From a virus (lineage: Duplodnaviria; Caudoviricetes): DNA of 24,243 nucleotides. Shown here piece by piece: positions 7,000-14,956 of this stretch (position 1 is the first letter of the stretch; the number at the start of each line of letters is the position of its first letter). The stretch covers positions 1-24,243 of IMG/VR virus record IMGVR_UViG_3300048886_000802; one strand, 5' to 3'. The translations under genes and the position numbers were made by a program. The notes below the pieces were generated by a model. The model was not told the DNA's origin and did not search any database. It saw nothing but the letters and a program-made list of their open reading frames with translations.

Positions 7000-7416
7000 A
7001 TGTCTGTTGATAACACCGTAACCGTGGTCGGCAATTTGTGTGCCGCCCCGGAACTCCGCTACACGAAGAGTGGTGCCGCCATTGGCAACTTCCGCGTGGC
7101 GGTGAACCGCCGTTGGAACAAGGACGGCGAGTGGGAGGAAGAGACTTCCTTCTTTGACGTGACCGTCTGGTCGCAGATGGCTGAGAACGCATGCGAGTCC
7201 CTGGATAAGGGAATGCGTGTGAGCGTCACGGGTCGCCTCGAAGAGCAACGGTGGGAGGACAAGGACTCTGGCGAGCCACGACGAAAGATTGTGATCATCG
7301 CTGATGACATTGCTCCGTCTCTGCGGTGGGCGACAGCGGACGTGGAACGTCAGGGCGGCAAGGGTGGCGAGTCGAAGCCGACGGTGGCTGTCGACGCAGA
7401 AGAGCCTCCGTTCTAA
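7000..7416 (+). CDS. ssb: Single-stranded DNA-binding protein
   Basis: VTVVGNL..PELRYT.SG.A..F.VAV.RR, ESLDKGMRV.VTGRL.., SLRWATA and an EEPPF tail (actinobacterial style). AGGAG RBS. Confidence 0.96.
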   Translation: MSVDNTVTVVGNLCAAPELRYTKSGAAIGNFRVAVNRRWNKDGEWEEETSFFDVTVWSQMAENACESLDKGMRVSVTGRLEEQRWEDKDSGEPRRKIVIIADDIAPSLRWATADVERQGGKGGESKPTVAVDAEEPPF

Positions 7417-7793
7417 TGGATCCCCTCCAGGAGAGGGTCCGGAAACTTCAGAGGCGGGCTGAGGAGAGGCGGGCTGAGGCCGACGGCCAGACCGTTCCGA
7501 CCAGACTGATTGACATCCCCGAGTTGGTGGAGATGGCAGCGCCGCTGGCACGCAGGTCTGATCCTGTGACGAGTCATGTCGGGGCAGCGATTATCGAGCC
7601 GAAGCGATCCACCCGCAAGGGTCAGGTGCTGGCTGCACTGCGAAGCGGGTCCTGGGTGCCGGGCTATGAACTATGCACGAATGAGTGCGGCGGTTCAGAG
7701 GGCCTGCGGCGGCTCCGCGAGTTGCGGGCGGAGGGGTGGTTGATCGAAACAAGGTTCGTAGAAGATGTCGCCCAGTACCGACTCCAGCAATAG
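7416..7793 (+). CDS. Winged-HTH DNA-binding protein
   Basis: ATG coupled to the ssb stop (TAATG). ARRSDPVTSH motif followed by VLAALR..GLRRLRELRAEGW..YRL. Confidence 0.7.
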   Translation: MDPLQERVRKLQRRAEERRAEADGQTVPTRLIDIPELVEMAAPLARRSDPVTSHVGAAIIEPKRSTRKGQVLAALRSGSWVPGYELCTNECGGSEGLRRLRELRAEGWLIETRFVEDVAQYRLQQ

Positions 7794-8184
7794 CCCTGAC
7801 CCTGTCCAGGGCGGTGTCCAATCGGATGCCGGGTGGGATGAGTTCGTGGCAATGGTGGAGGCAAACCGCCCACGGTTCTTGCCCGGTTTGAAGCGCCTCA
7901 TGGATTGTGTGGTGCTGTGGCTCGTCGGGAACATACAGGCTGCGGCCTGTGAAACGGATGAGAAAGTACAACGCACGCCTTGTTGTTGCGGTAAGCATTC
8001 GTTCCCGACATTCGAGTTGGAGACCCTGGACTGGTCATGGGAGCCGATTGTTGAGGATGGTGGTCGTCACGAGGTGGACGGTTGCATGCATCACGAGTTG
8101 ATCAGAGGCACGAACATTGGCAGCGTGCCGCTACGAGATCCAGGTTTCGAATGCCACTGGGGGCAGGGTGTCAAGGAGGGCTGA
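7765..8184 (+). CDS. Hypothetical protein (start uncertain)
   Basis: Tiles with its neighbours; Cys/His-rich C-terminal half. Confidence 0.5.
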   Translation: MSPSTDSSNSPDPVQGGVQSDAGWDEFVAMVEANRPRFLPGLKRLMDCVVLWLVGNIQAAACETDEKVQRTPCCCGKHSFPTFELETLDWSWEPIVEDGGRHEVDGCMHHELIRGTNIGSVPLRDPGFECHWGQGVKEG

Positions 8185-8347
8185 AATAGTCTGGCAATCC
8201 TGTGTCCCTTGCGGGTTGGGTCACCTGGTGAAAAACTTTGCTGGCCCTGGACCGCTTTTGTGCCCCCGTTGTGGGACGCCGCTAACTGCCGCCACGGACC
8301 AATGCAACGAACGGCTACACGAGGAACCTAATGTTGTTAGAGGTTGA
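8168..8347 (+). CDS. Small zinc-ribbon protein
   Basis: CVPC...CPRCG; GTG8168 chosen to minimise overlap. Confidence 0.5.
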   Translation: MSRRAEIVWQSCVPCGLGHLVKNFAGPGPLLCPRCGTPLTAATDQCNERLHEEPNVVRG

Positions 8348-8465
8348 TAACGCAGAACGTTGGCTGATACTGCGGGCTTTGCGTCGGCTGGCCACTGACG
8401 GCAACGTCAGGGTCGGCCTCGATGCCCAGGCACTATTGGAGAGGCTGATTGATGACTACAGGTGA
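8331..8465 (+). CDS. Small hypothetical protein (44 aa, not in ORF track)
   Basis: GAGGA RBS before ATG8331. MLLEVDNAERWLILRALRRLATDGNVRVGLDAQALLERLIDDYR bridges the gap between its neighbours. Confidence 0.55.
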   Translation: MLLEVDNAERWLILRALRRLATDGNVRVGLDAQALLERLIDDYR

Positions 8466-8706
8466 GGCATTCAGAAAACGTAAAGTGTTTCTCATGCTGG
8501 ACGAGTATGAGATCGCTGCCGTGCGCCATGCGTTGAAAGATTCCGAGGGTGCCGCTGCCAGGGTTGGGGAATGGTTGGAAAGGTCGTGGGAGGCAGATCT
8601 GGGGTCCAACTCCTCGGCGGGCGTTCCTCAAAGAGAAACAACTGGATGGCGAGATGGCGGAGAGAGGAAGAAAGTATTGAGGATGTGGAAGAAGGGGTCG
8701 GCGTGA
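8452..8706 (+). CDS. Hypothetical protein
   Basis: GGAGAGG RBS; its stop overlaps the next GTG start. Confidence 0.55.
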   Translation: MTTGEAFRKRKVFLMLDEYEIAAVRHALKDSEGAAARVGEWLERSWEADLGSNSSAGVPQRETTGWRDGGERKKVLRMWKKGSA

Positions 8707-8912
8707 GCGAGAAACTTCCAGAAAACCCACCGAACGACTGGGTGTGCGAGGTGGTCGAAGGCGACGACGGGTTGGAACTTGTCGTCGCCGACGAGTTGTA
8801 CGACACGTTGGTCTCCATCGCCGACCATCTCGGGATGTCTGTGGAGGAACTGGTGAGAGATTCTCTGCAACGGACCGCCGAGACCGAACAGTTAGATACG
8901 GATACGCAGTAA
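8703..8912 (+). CDS. Small protein, possible ribbon-helix-helix
   Basis: GTGA coupling. LELVVADELYDTLVSIADHLGMSVEELVRDSL has RHH-like spacing. Confidence 0.55.
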   Translation: MSEKLPENPPNDWVCEVVEGDDGLELVVADELYDTLVSIADHLGMSVEELVRDSLQRTAETEQLDTDTQ

Positions 8913-8952
8913 CCGCATGTAACTCAGGACGTTAACAACGCTTAGGAGAGTC

Positions 8953-9138
8953 GTGGCATCAGAGTGGCCCCCGAAGAAGTGGGACTACCCTGGCCACAGC
9001 CGTACCGACGGCTGGCTGGACGACAAGGAACTCCGTTGCCCCAATTGCAAGCAGTGGTATATGTCGGAATATTATGAGTACGCCTGGGGGGAGGAAGTAA
9101 TGATTTCTAGGCGGTGCCGGTATTGCAGGGACGAATAA
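8953..9138 (+). CDS. Small zinc-finger protein
   Basis: AGGAGA RBS; CPNC...CRYC. Confidence 0.6.
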   Translation: MASEWPPKKWDYPGHSRTDGWLDDKELRCPNCKQWYMSEYYEYAWGEEVMISRRCRYCRDE

Positions 9139-9286
9139 ACCCTGGGGGGTTATTGGCACCCTTTGTTAACCGTCCGATTATTTCTTGAGGGCGCAGCGCC
9201 GTTTTGCCCATTTGCTCTTCTCCCATTTCCTCCTGGAGAGGTGGTAGGCGGTAGGGTTCTGCGTCTTAGTCAAGCGGCTTGGGCTC

Positions 9287-9424
9287 TCACTCGGTTAGGT
9301 CCTCCGGCCTGTTGGCGTCAGTGAGGCTATTGAGGTCCTCAAGGAGGTCTCCAGCGTAAGCGAGAGCGGCGGAGATTGAATCGATGAGGGCGGATTGCTG
9401 CTCCCAAAGTCCGTCGATGTCCAT
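9287..9424 (-). CDS. Small acidic helical protein (45 aa, not in ORF track)
   Basis: MDIDGLWEQQSALIDSISAALAYAGDLLEDLNSLTDANRPEDLTE, preceded by TG-A-AAAGAT 6 nt before the ATG. Confidence 0.45.
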   Translation of the reverse strand: MDIDGLWEQQSALIDSISAALAYAGDLLEDLNSLTDANRPEDLTE

Positions 9425-9498
9425 ATAACGATCTTTTCACATTGTGACTTTGGGTTTGGGAGGGTTGGTTTTCCGCACACTGGTGGTAGACTGGAAAA

Positions 9499-9702
9499 GT
9501 GGCACGGAAAGAACGGTACAACTCCCCAACCTTGTACCGCTGTTACGACTGCGGCTGGTATATCGGAAGTTTGCTTTTGAAGCCCGATAGGTATGATGGC
9601 CGTTGCCCGGTATGCGACGCTGAGGTGGATACGAAACATAAGCCCAGCGCAGCCGACCTCCGCGAGATGAACAAGCACATTCAACAGAAAAGGAAGAAGT
9701 AG
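9499..9702 (+). CDS. Zinc-ribbon protein, leaderless
   Basis: CYDC...CPVC; TG-G-TAGACT lies 6 nt before the GTG. Confidence 0.7.
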   Translation: MARKERYNSPTLYRCYDCGWYIGSLLLKPDRYDGRCPVCDAEVDTKHKPSAADLREMNKHIQQKRKK

Positions 9703-9704
9703 CC

Positions 9705-10001
9705 ATGAGTGAACGAACCGGTGTGTTCTGGGATGAACTGAGGGACGTGAATCCTGAGGCCGTTATTTTCGACGGTCCTGGCGCTAAGACGTTGTTCGAT
9801 CCGTGCATTGTTGGGTACGCCTCCCGCATCAATCAGTCGCCGGTCCTGGTATACGACGAAGAGAAAATGATTGTCACCTTGTGCCGCGAAGAGAACATGT
9901 CGTACAACGACGCTGTCGACTACCTGTCATTCAACACGTTTGGGGCGTGGGTTGGTGAGGGGACCCCGCTGATCCTCAGGGCCTATAGGGGTGGGGCGTG
10001 A
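9705..10001 (+). CDS. Conserved phage hypothetical protein
   Basis: FDG..D.CIVG..VLVYDEEK..DAVDY..FNTFGAWVGEGTP is a pattern seen in many environmental phages; function unknown. Confidence 0.8.
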   Translation: MSERTGVFWDELRDVNPEAVIFDGPGAKTLFDPCIVGYASRINQSPVLVYDEEKMIVTLCREENMSYNDAVDYLSFNTFGAWVGEGTPLILRAYRGGA

Positions 10002-10006
10002 TAACG

Positions 10007-10042
10007 ACAACAGCCCCCGACCAAAGCCGGGGGCTGTTGTTT
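10007..10042 (+). terminator. Intrinsic terminator (possibly bidirectional)
   Basis: Perfect 13-bp inverted repeat ACAACAGCCCCCG/CGGGGGCTGTTGT followed by TT. Confidence 0.8.
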
Positions 10043-10121
10043 AATGAGCCACCTCCTCACACATATAGGGGGGAGTGGCTCTATCTTGCCACACACTTTC
10101 GTATGGTCAAAGTGAGCACCT

Positions 10122-10373
10122 GTGGCCCGTAGGCGCCGCCCACCGACTGGGCCAAGAAAGAAGCGCACGAAGGCGGACGACCACACGAAGACGGCGCGAC
10201 GCGTCACCCTTCAGGGCGGTGAGATGGACGGGCACCAAATCTGGCTGGCACTTCCGTTGCCCCCAAACATTAAGATGAACATGGGGAGGGACTCGTATTT
10301 CAAGCGTGAGGATGACCCCGGTATTTTTGAATACGATCCTGACCGCGAGTATGTGTCGCGGAGATTGGTCTAG
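10122..10373 (+). CDS. Hypothetical protein with basic N-terminus
   Basis: Most plausible ORF in the gap; LQGGEMDG resembles the LxGGPxDG motif of small phage proteins. Confidence 0.55.
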   Translation: MARRRRPPTGPRKKRTKADDHTKTARRVTLQGGEMDGHQIWLALPLPPNIKMNMGRDSYFKREDDPGIFEYDPDREYVSRRLV

Positions 10374-10435
10374 TCGCCCTTGGGGCGTCGGTCCACCTAC
10401 CACGCCGGGCCGACTAGGAAGCGTAGGCTAGGACC

Positions 10436-10666
10436 ATGTCTGGCACTACCGCGGTTCTTGCTTGGGCGGCATTGAGTGTCGCTTCGATTGTTGCTTCATG
10501 GCGCATGGGTGCGTTGAACCCGAAAGAAAAGATCGCTGCGGTCGCGCTGATGTCAGGGATAGGCGCTGGCGTGTTGGGCGGGTTCACCGTTAGTGACACG
10601 ACCGGGTTGTTCGTTGCTGCCGGGATGTTCGTCGCGACAGCGGTACTGATGGGCTACGAGGGCTGA
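10436..10666 (+). CDS. Small membrane protein preceding the portal, leaderless
   Basis: Two to three hydrophobic helices; TAGGCT lies 6 nt before the ATG. Confidence 0.7.
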   Translation: MSGTTAVLAWAALSVASIVASWRMGALNPKEKIAAVALMSGIGAGVLGGFTVSDTTGLFVAAGMFVATAVLMGYEG

Positions 10667-10667
10667 T

Positions 10668-13034
10668 ATGGGTTTTCTAGACGGGTTTCGATTCCAGGGC
10701 CATGACCAACAGGGGTGGATTCGCAACGGCGGGTACGACGGCAAGGCTGGCCCGGCGTTCTTCAACGCCAATATGACCCAGTACGGCGGGGTCCAAAAGG
10801 GGAAGCCGTACAAAGACGACTGGGATGTTGATCGCGCCGTCCAGGAGGGCAACGATCGTGTTACCTGGGTGTTTAAGAGCGTGTACGCGATCGCGTCTAA
10901 CGCCGCTCGGCTCCCTGTCGGGATTCTTGACGAGGAAGGAAACCCGGTCGATCACTCGCTGACACCTATTTTGAATCGCAAAGCGAACCCTCATCATGAT
11001 GCGTTCAATTTCCGGTTTCAGTTGTCTTCGCAGATTTTGCTGTCGAAGCGGGGGGCGTTTATTGAAGTCGTTAAAGACAGGCTAGATAATGTCATTGGCT
11101 TGTATCTTCTGCCTCCGCAGTACACATATCCGATTCCCGACCCGAAGAGTTTTGTTTCAGGGTTCCGTGTCGAGTTGCCGAACCAGAAGCCTCGAACGGT
11201 TAAGCCTGACAGCGTGGTGTGGATGAGGATCCCTCATCCGACGGACCCCTACCGTGGCCAGTCGCCTCTGGAGTCATGCGGCCTCGCTGTAGATATCGAC
11301 TACTACTCGCGTATATACAACCGGAATTTCATGGTCAACGACGGCCGTCCTGGCGGGATTCTGATGGTGACCGGTGAGATGGATGACGATACAGCAGAGG
11401 AGTTGAGGAGACGGTTCCTGGGCAACACCGGGTCCGCTATGGGTGGCGCTGGCCGGTTGACAATTATGGAAGCCGAGCAGGCTAAGTACATCGATACTTC
11501 AATGGCACAGCGGGACGCTCAGTACACGGAATCGAAGACGCTTGCTAAGGAAGAGATTCTGATGGCGTTTGGTGTTCCCGAGTCTGTCATAGGCAATGCT
11601 GCGGATCGCACGTTTAGTAACGCCGATACGGAGTTGGAGGTGTTTTGGCGGGAAACAATGTTGCCTCATCTCATGCTCATTGAGCGAGCCCTGGACCGTT
11701 TGGATGGTTCTGAAGAACTTACAGTGAAGTTTGATGTATCTGATGTGGCGATCTTGTCCCGAGACGAGAGGGAAAGGGCCCTCTTCCATTTGGATGAGTA
11801 CAAGTTTGGGGTTATTTCCGCTGACGAGTATCGGGTGCTGACTGGTCGTGATCCTGTCGGGTCTGATCTCATGTTTATTCAACAGAACCTGATGCCTGTT
11901 GCTATAGCCCCGGCAGAGGGCACTAAGCCGTCCCAGGAATGGCCACCGCCGGAGCCCGAGTCGGCGTTTGCTCAACCAACTTCAGCAACGACACCTCCCC
12001 CCGATCAGCCTGTGCCGATCGTTCCTGAAGCGGCTTCAGCCGGAGAGTTCGACGCTAAGACGGACGACAGTGTCGAGGAGGGTAAGGAGTCGGCCCCTTT
12101 AGTTGATGACCGCTGGGGGTTTTATTGCGGCGGTGTCCTGATCGATCAAAAGGAGGCGGATGTTATTCGCCTCCACAGGGATCAACAGTTGACGCGGTTG
12201 GCTGAATCGATTGCCATCCAAATGACGGCCTATTTCCAGAGGCAGCGGCGTGTTATTTTGGAGAAGTGGAAGTCCCGAAAGACCCGCGAGAAGATCAACA
12301 AGGGCGTTGCGGTCACGGTAAACGATGTGTTCGATGTTCCGGTGTGGGACAGGCAGTTGCTGGCGGACGCCAAATCGTTCCTTATGGCGACAGTTGTCGA
12401 CGGAGGGAACGATATAGCGATGATGGTCGGCAAGGACGACCTGGACCTGGACGACGAACTGGTCGCTGCGGCCGTTCTCGCTGGCCTGGAGAGATTTAAG
12501 GACGTTAATCTCACGACGCGCCGCAAACTTGAGTCAGTCATTGTCAAGGGGTTGGGATCTGGTCACTCGGTCGATGCCATCGCCTCAGACATTGAAGAGG
12601 TATTCAACAAGTCGATCAAGACGCGAGCACCGATGATTGGTAAAACCACAGTGGCGTTCGCTGTCAACGAGGGTCAAATGATCGCTGCGTTGAAATCTGG
12701 ATTCAGGTACAAGGTGTGGCTCTCGTCGCAGGACGAAAAGGTCAGGCATACCCATGTGACCGCTGACGGGCAGGCCCGACCGATCATGGACTATTTCCTG
12801 GTCGGGGGGAGCCTGATGATGCATCCTGGGGCGCAGACCGCTCCGTTAGCCGAAACGGCGAACTGTCGCTGCACGATGGTGTTCACGGACGACCCGTCGG
12901 CTGCCGGGATGCTTGAATTCAGCATTGCGCCCGAGGATTTGGCTGGGGCGTCCGCTGGCGGTGTGATCGGGCGGATGAGCGGGGGCGGACAAGCAGCCAG
13001 CATTATCGCCGCTACAGCAGACCAACTCGTATAG
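10668..13034 (+). CDS. HK97-family portal protein fused to a MuF/SPP1 gp7-like minor head domain
   Basis: Portal motifs IASNAARLP, YRGQSPL, NDGRPGGIL and EEILMAFGVP..G. A Pro-rich linker follows. C-terminal KVWLS..DEKVRHTH..DGQ..HPG..NCRC is the MuF signature. Confidence 0.93.
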   Translation: MGFLDGFRFQGHDQQGWIRNGGYDGKAGPAFFNANMTQYGGVQKGKPYKDDWDVDRAVQEGNDRVTWVFKSVYAIASNAARLPVGILDEEGNPVDHSLTPILNRKANPHHDAFNFRFQLSSQILLSKRGAFIEVVKDRLDNVIGLYLLPPQYTYPIPDPKSFVSGFRVELPNQKPRTVKPDSVVWMRIPHPTDPYRGQSPLESCGLAVDIDYYSRIYNRNFMVNDGRPGGILMVTGEMDDDTAEELRRRFLGNTGSAMGGAGRLTIMEAEQAKYIDTSMAQRDAQYTESKTLAKEEILMAFGVPESVIGNAADRTFSNADTELEVFWRETMLPHLMLIERALDRLDGSEELTVKFDVSDVAILSRDERERALFHLDEYKFGVISADEYRVLTGRDPVGSDLMFIQQNLMPVAIAPAEGTKPSQEWPPPEPESAFAQPTSATTPPPDQPVPIVPEAASAGEFDAKTDDSVEEGKESAPLVDDRWGFYCGGVLIDQKEADVIRLHRDQQLTRLAESIAIQMTAYFQRQRRVILEKWKSRKTREKINKGVAVTVNDVFDVPVWDRQLLADAKSFLMATVVDGGNDIAMMVGKDDLDLDDELVAAAVLAGLERFKDVNLTTRRKLESVIVKGLGSGHSVDAIASDIEEVFNKSIKTRAPMIGKTTVAFAVNEGQMIAALKSGFRYKVWLSSQDEKVRHTHVTADGQARPIMDYFLVGGSLMMHPGAQTAPLAETANCRCTMVFTDDPSAAGMLEFSIAPEDLAGASAGGVIGRMSGGGQAASIIAATADQLV
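12076..12134 (+). other. Candidate programmed -1 ribosomal frameshift signal
   Basis: AGGAGG (12076-81), in-frame heptamer C CCT TTA (12095-101), -1 frame stop TGA (12104-06) and stem ACCGCTG/CGGCGGT (12109-15/12128-34). Confidence 0.55.
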
Positions 13035-13108
13035 GTGAACTAGACGCTCGCCCACTCGGAGTGTCTGGCGTCGTAACCTTAAGCCAGACGTGGCACTTAG
13101 GAGGCCCG

Positions 13109-14644
13109 GTGGATCTGGCACACAAACAGGCTCGCGTTGAAGCAAAGGCGATAGACGATGCCGAGGGCACCGTCGAAGCCGTCGTTTCAGTGACGAACAT
13201 TGTCGATACCGTTAACGACGTTATAGAGCCCGGCGCCTACGCCGAGACTCTTCAGAAGAGAGTCCCGAAGGGGGTCTGGTCACACGACACGACCGTTCCT
13301 GTGGCGAGGACGCTCGAAGCGACAGAGTTGATGCCTGGCGACAACCGTCTCCCCGCTCATCTCAAGTCAGCCGACGCTGGCGGCGTACTCGTCAAAATGC
13401 AGTTCAATCTGAACACAACTCGTGGACGCGAGGCCTATGAGGACATCAAGTTCTTTGGCTCGGAGCAAGAATGGTCAATCGGCTATTCCGTCCCTGAGGG
13501 CATGTCGGAGATGAAGGGCGAAACAGGAATCAGGCATATCAAGCAGTTGGAGTGGTACGAGTACAGCCCGGTGTTGTTCGGAGCCGCTCCAGGGACCGCC
13601 ACCGTTGGAGTCAAGGACACTAATGGTTTCGACACGTCAGAAGAAGACATCGGGGAGTCAAAGGGCCCAACCAGGAGCCATTCCACAGGGGTGCGCGCTG
13701 ACGGCTGGAACGACAAGACGGCGTATCGCAACATGCGTTCTCCCGCCGATAAGGCCTATTTTTCGAAGATCTTCGCTTACCATATTCCTGGTGAGGACCC
13801 GGCAATGAAGACGAACTACACGTTCGTCCATCACTTCGTCGGGAGCGACGGCCGCCCTGGATCGGCAGCCCTCTCTGCTCTCCAGAACACGTTCGGTCTT
13901 CTCAACGGTGCCCGCAAGGGAACGAAATTGAGGGGATCGGATCGTAAGGGCGTCTATAACCACATCGCCCGGCACTACAGGGACGACGGACATGCTCCGC
14001 CCGAACTGAAGTCCGACGATTACGTTGACGCCGTCGTAGAACTCAAGGAGACCCTTTCAGAGGGATTCCACGAGAGCATTGACCTTCTCATTGAGGAGGG
14101 TAAGGAAATAACCGAAATCAAGTCCGTATTGGAGGACACAATGGCTAACGAAGCCGAAATCACCGAAACAACGGAGGATGAGGCCGCTTCCACCGATGGC
14201 CAGTCGCTCCAGTCGATCATTGCCGACGCTACCGCTGCGTTGAACACCCTCACTGAGCGCCTGGATGCGCTTGAGGAGAAGGGCGGAGATGCTCCAGGCT
14301 TTTCGAACACGGATCCGGATTCACCCGAGCGCGCCGAGGGCGCTGGCGAAGACGCCCCCGAGGTCGTTGCGGATCTTTCTCACGGCGGGACCCTTTCCCC
14401 TGACGAAATGGCAGAGGCCGGTTCGCCAGCAGGCAACCCCGATGCAAAGCCTGCCAAGAAGCCCAAGGCTGAAAAGGCCCCTGCGAAGTCCGATAGTGAC
14501 CAGGCCGAGACCGTCGAAGAGACCGTCGAAGAGGCCAAGGCCGAGACCGTCGAAGAGACCGTCGAAGAGGCTGTCGATGGTCTAGGTCTCAAGGAACTGC
14601 GTGAGTTCCAGGATTTGATGACCTATTCAGAATTGGGTGAGTAG
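13109..14644 (+). CDS. HK97-type prohead protease with a second domain and an acidic scaffold-like tail
   Basis: GGAGG RBS before GTG13109. VDTVNDVIEPGAY, WSHD, EWSIGY and LEWYEYSPVLFGA are HK97-family protease motifs. Confidence 0.9.
   Translation: MDLAHKQARVEAKAIDDAEGTVEAVVSVTNIVDTVNDVIEPGAYAETLQKRVPKGVWSHDTTVPVARTLEATELMPGDNRLPAHLKSADAGGVLVKMQFNLNTTRGREAYEDIKFFGSEQEWSIGYSVPEGMSEMKGETGIRHIKQLEWYEYSPVLFGAAPGTATVGVKDTNGFDTSEEDIGESKGPTRSHSTGVRADGWNDKTAYRNMRSPADKAYFSKIFAYHIPGEDPAMKTNYTFVHHFVGSDGRPGSAALSALQNTFGLLNGARKGTKLRGSDRKGVYNHIARHYRDDGHAPPELKSDDYVDAVVELKETLSEGFHESIDLLIEEGKEITEIKSVLEDTMANEAEITETTEDEAASTDGQSLQSIIADATAALNTLTERLDALEEKGGDAPGFSNTDPDSPERAEGAGEDAPEVVADLSHGGTLSPDEMAEAGSPAGNPDAKPAKKPKAEKAPAKSDSDQAETVEETVEEAKAETVEETVEEAVDGLGLKELREFQDLMTYSELGE
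14141..14644 (+). CDS. Nested in-frame scaffold-like protein (internal start)
   Basis: GGAGG-ACACA-ATG GCT at the start of the acidic, coiled-coil and low-complexity region. Confidence 0.5.
   Translation: MANEAEITETTEDEAASTDGQSLQSIIADATAALNTLTERLDALEEKGGDAPGFSNTDPDSPERAEGAGEDAPEVVADLSHGGTLSPDEMAEAGSPAGNPDAKPAKKPKAEKAPAKSDSDQAETVEETVEEAKAETVEETVEEAVDGLGLKELREFQDLMTYSELGE
14502..14571 (+). repeat. Tandem 36-bp duplication built from 12-bp units (AETVEETVEEAK)
   Basis: GAGACCGTCGAA occurs four times within two near-complete 36-bp copies. Confidence 0.9.
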
Positions 14645-14728
14645 GCGCCTGACATCATGGGTCCGCCTCTGCTGAGGTAGGCGCGGTAATATTGGGGGTG
14701 CGGTTAGTGCGCCGCAGGAGTGGACCCC

Positions 14729-14956
14729 ATGACAAGTATTTACGATGAGGTCAAGTTGCGTGGCCGTCGTCAGATTCAACGCTTCAGGATTGACATCATC
14801 CTGGGCGATATGGAGGAGGACGACGCCGAGTCGCTGATGGCGGCGCTTGCCGATCGGGATATTCCGAGTATGCGGATCTCTGAGGTGCTTGCAGAACGCG
14901 GCTGGGCGATTTCCGCTAATGCCGTGGCGAACTACCGCCGATGCAAGGTTCGCTAG
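14729..14956 (+). CDS. Small HTH-like protein
   Basis: AGGAG RBS. ISEVLAERGWAISANAVANYRR is HTH-like. Its stop overlaps the next GTG. Confidence 0.7.
   Translation: MTSIYDEVKLRGRRQIQRFRIDIILGDMEEDDAESLMAALADRDIPSMRISEVLAERGWAISANAVANYRRCKVR

Noticed and set aside
12115-12123. Second slippery run GGGGGTTTT in the portal gene
   Set aside because: G GGT TTT is not in the portal reading frame; it lies mostly in the loop of the proposed stimulatory stem.
12880-13034. MuF C-terminal polymorphic toxin domain
   Set aside because: Only about 50 Gly/Ala-rich residues follow NCRC, with no enzymatic motif and no immunity gene.
5424-13704. Exact 17-bp repeat GGGGTGCGCGCTGACGG at 5424-5440 and 13688-13704
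   Set aside because: GC-rich, only two copies, one inside the protease CDS, and no recombinase nearby; chance cannot be excluded.
14502-14571. CRISPR-like or iteron repeats
   Set aside because: No spacers; the unit lengths are multiples of 3 and encode a low-complexity peptide.
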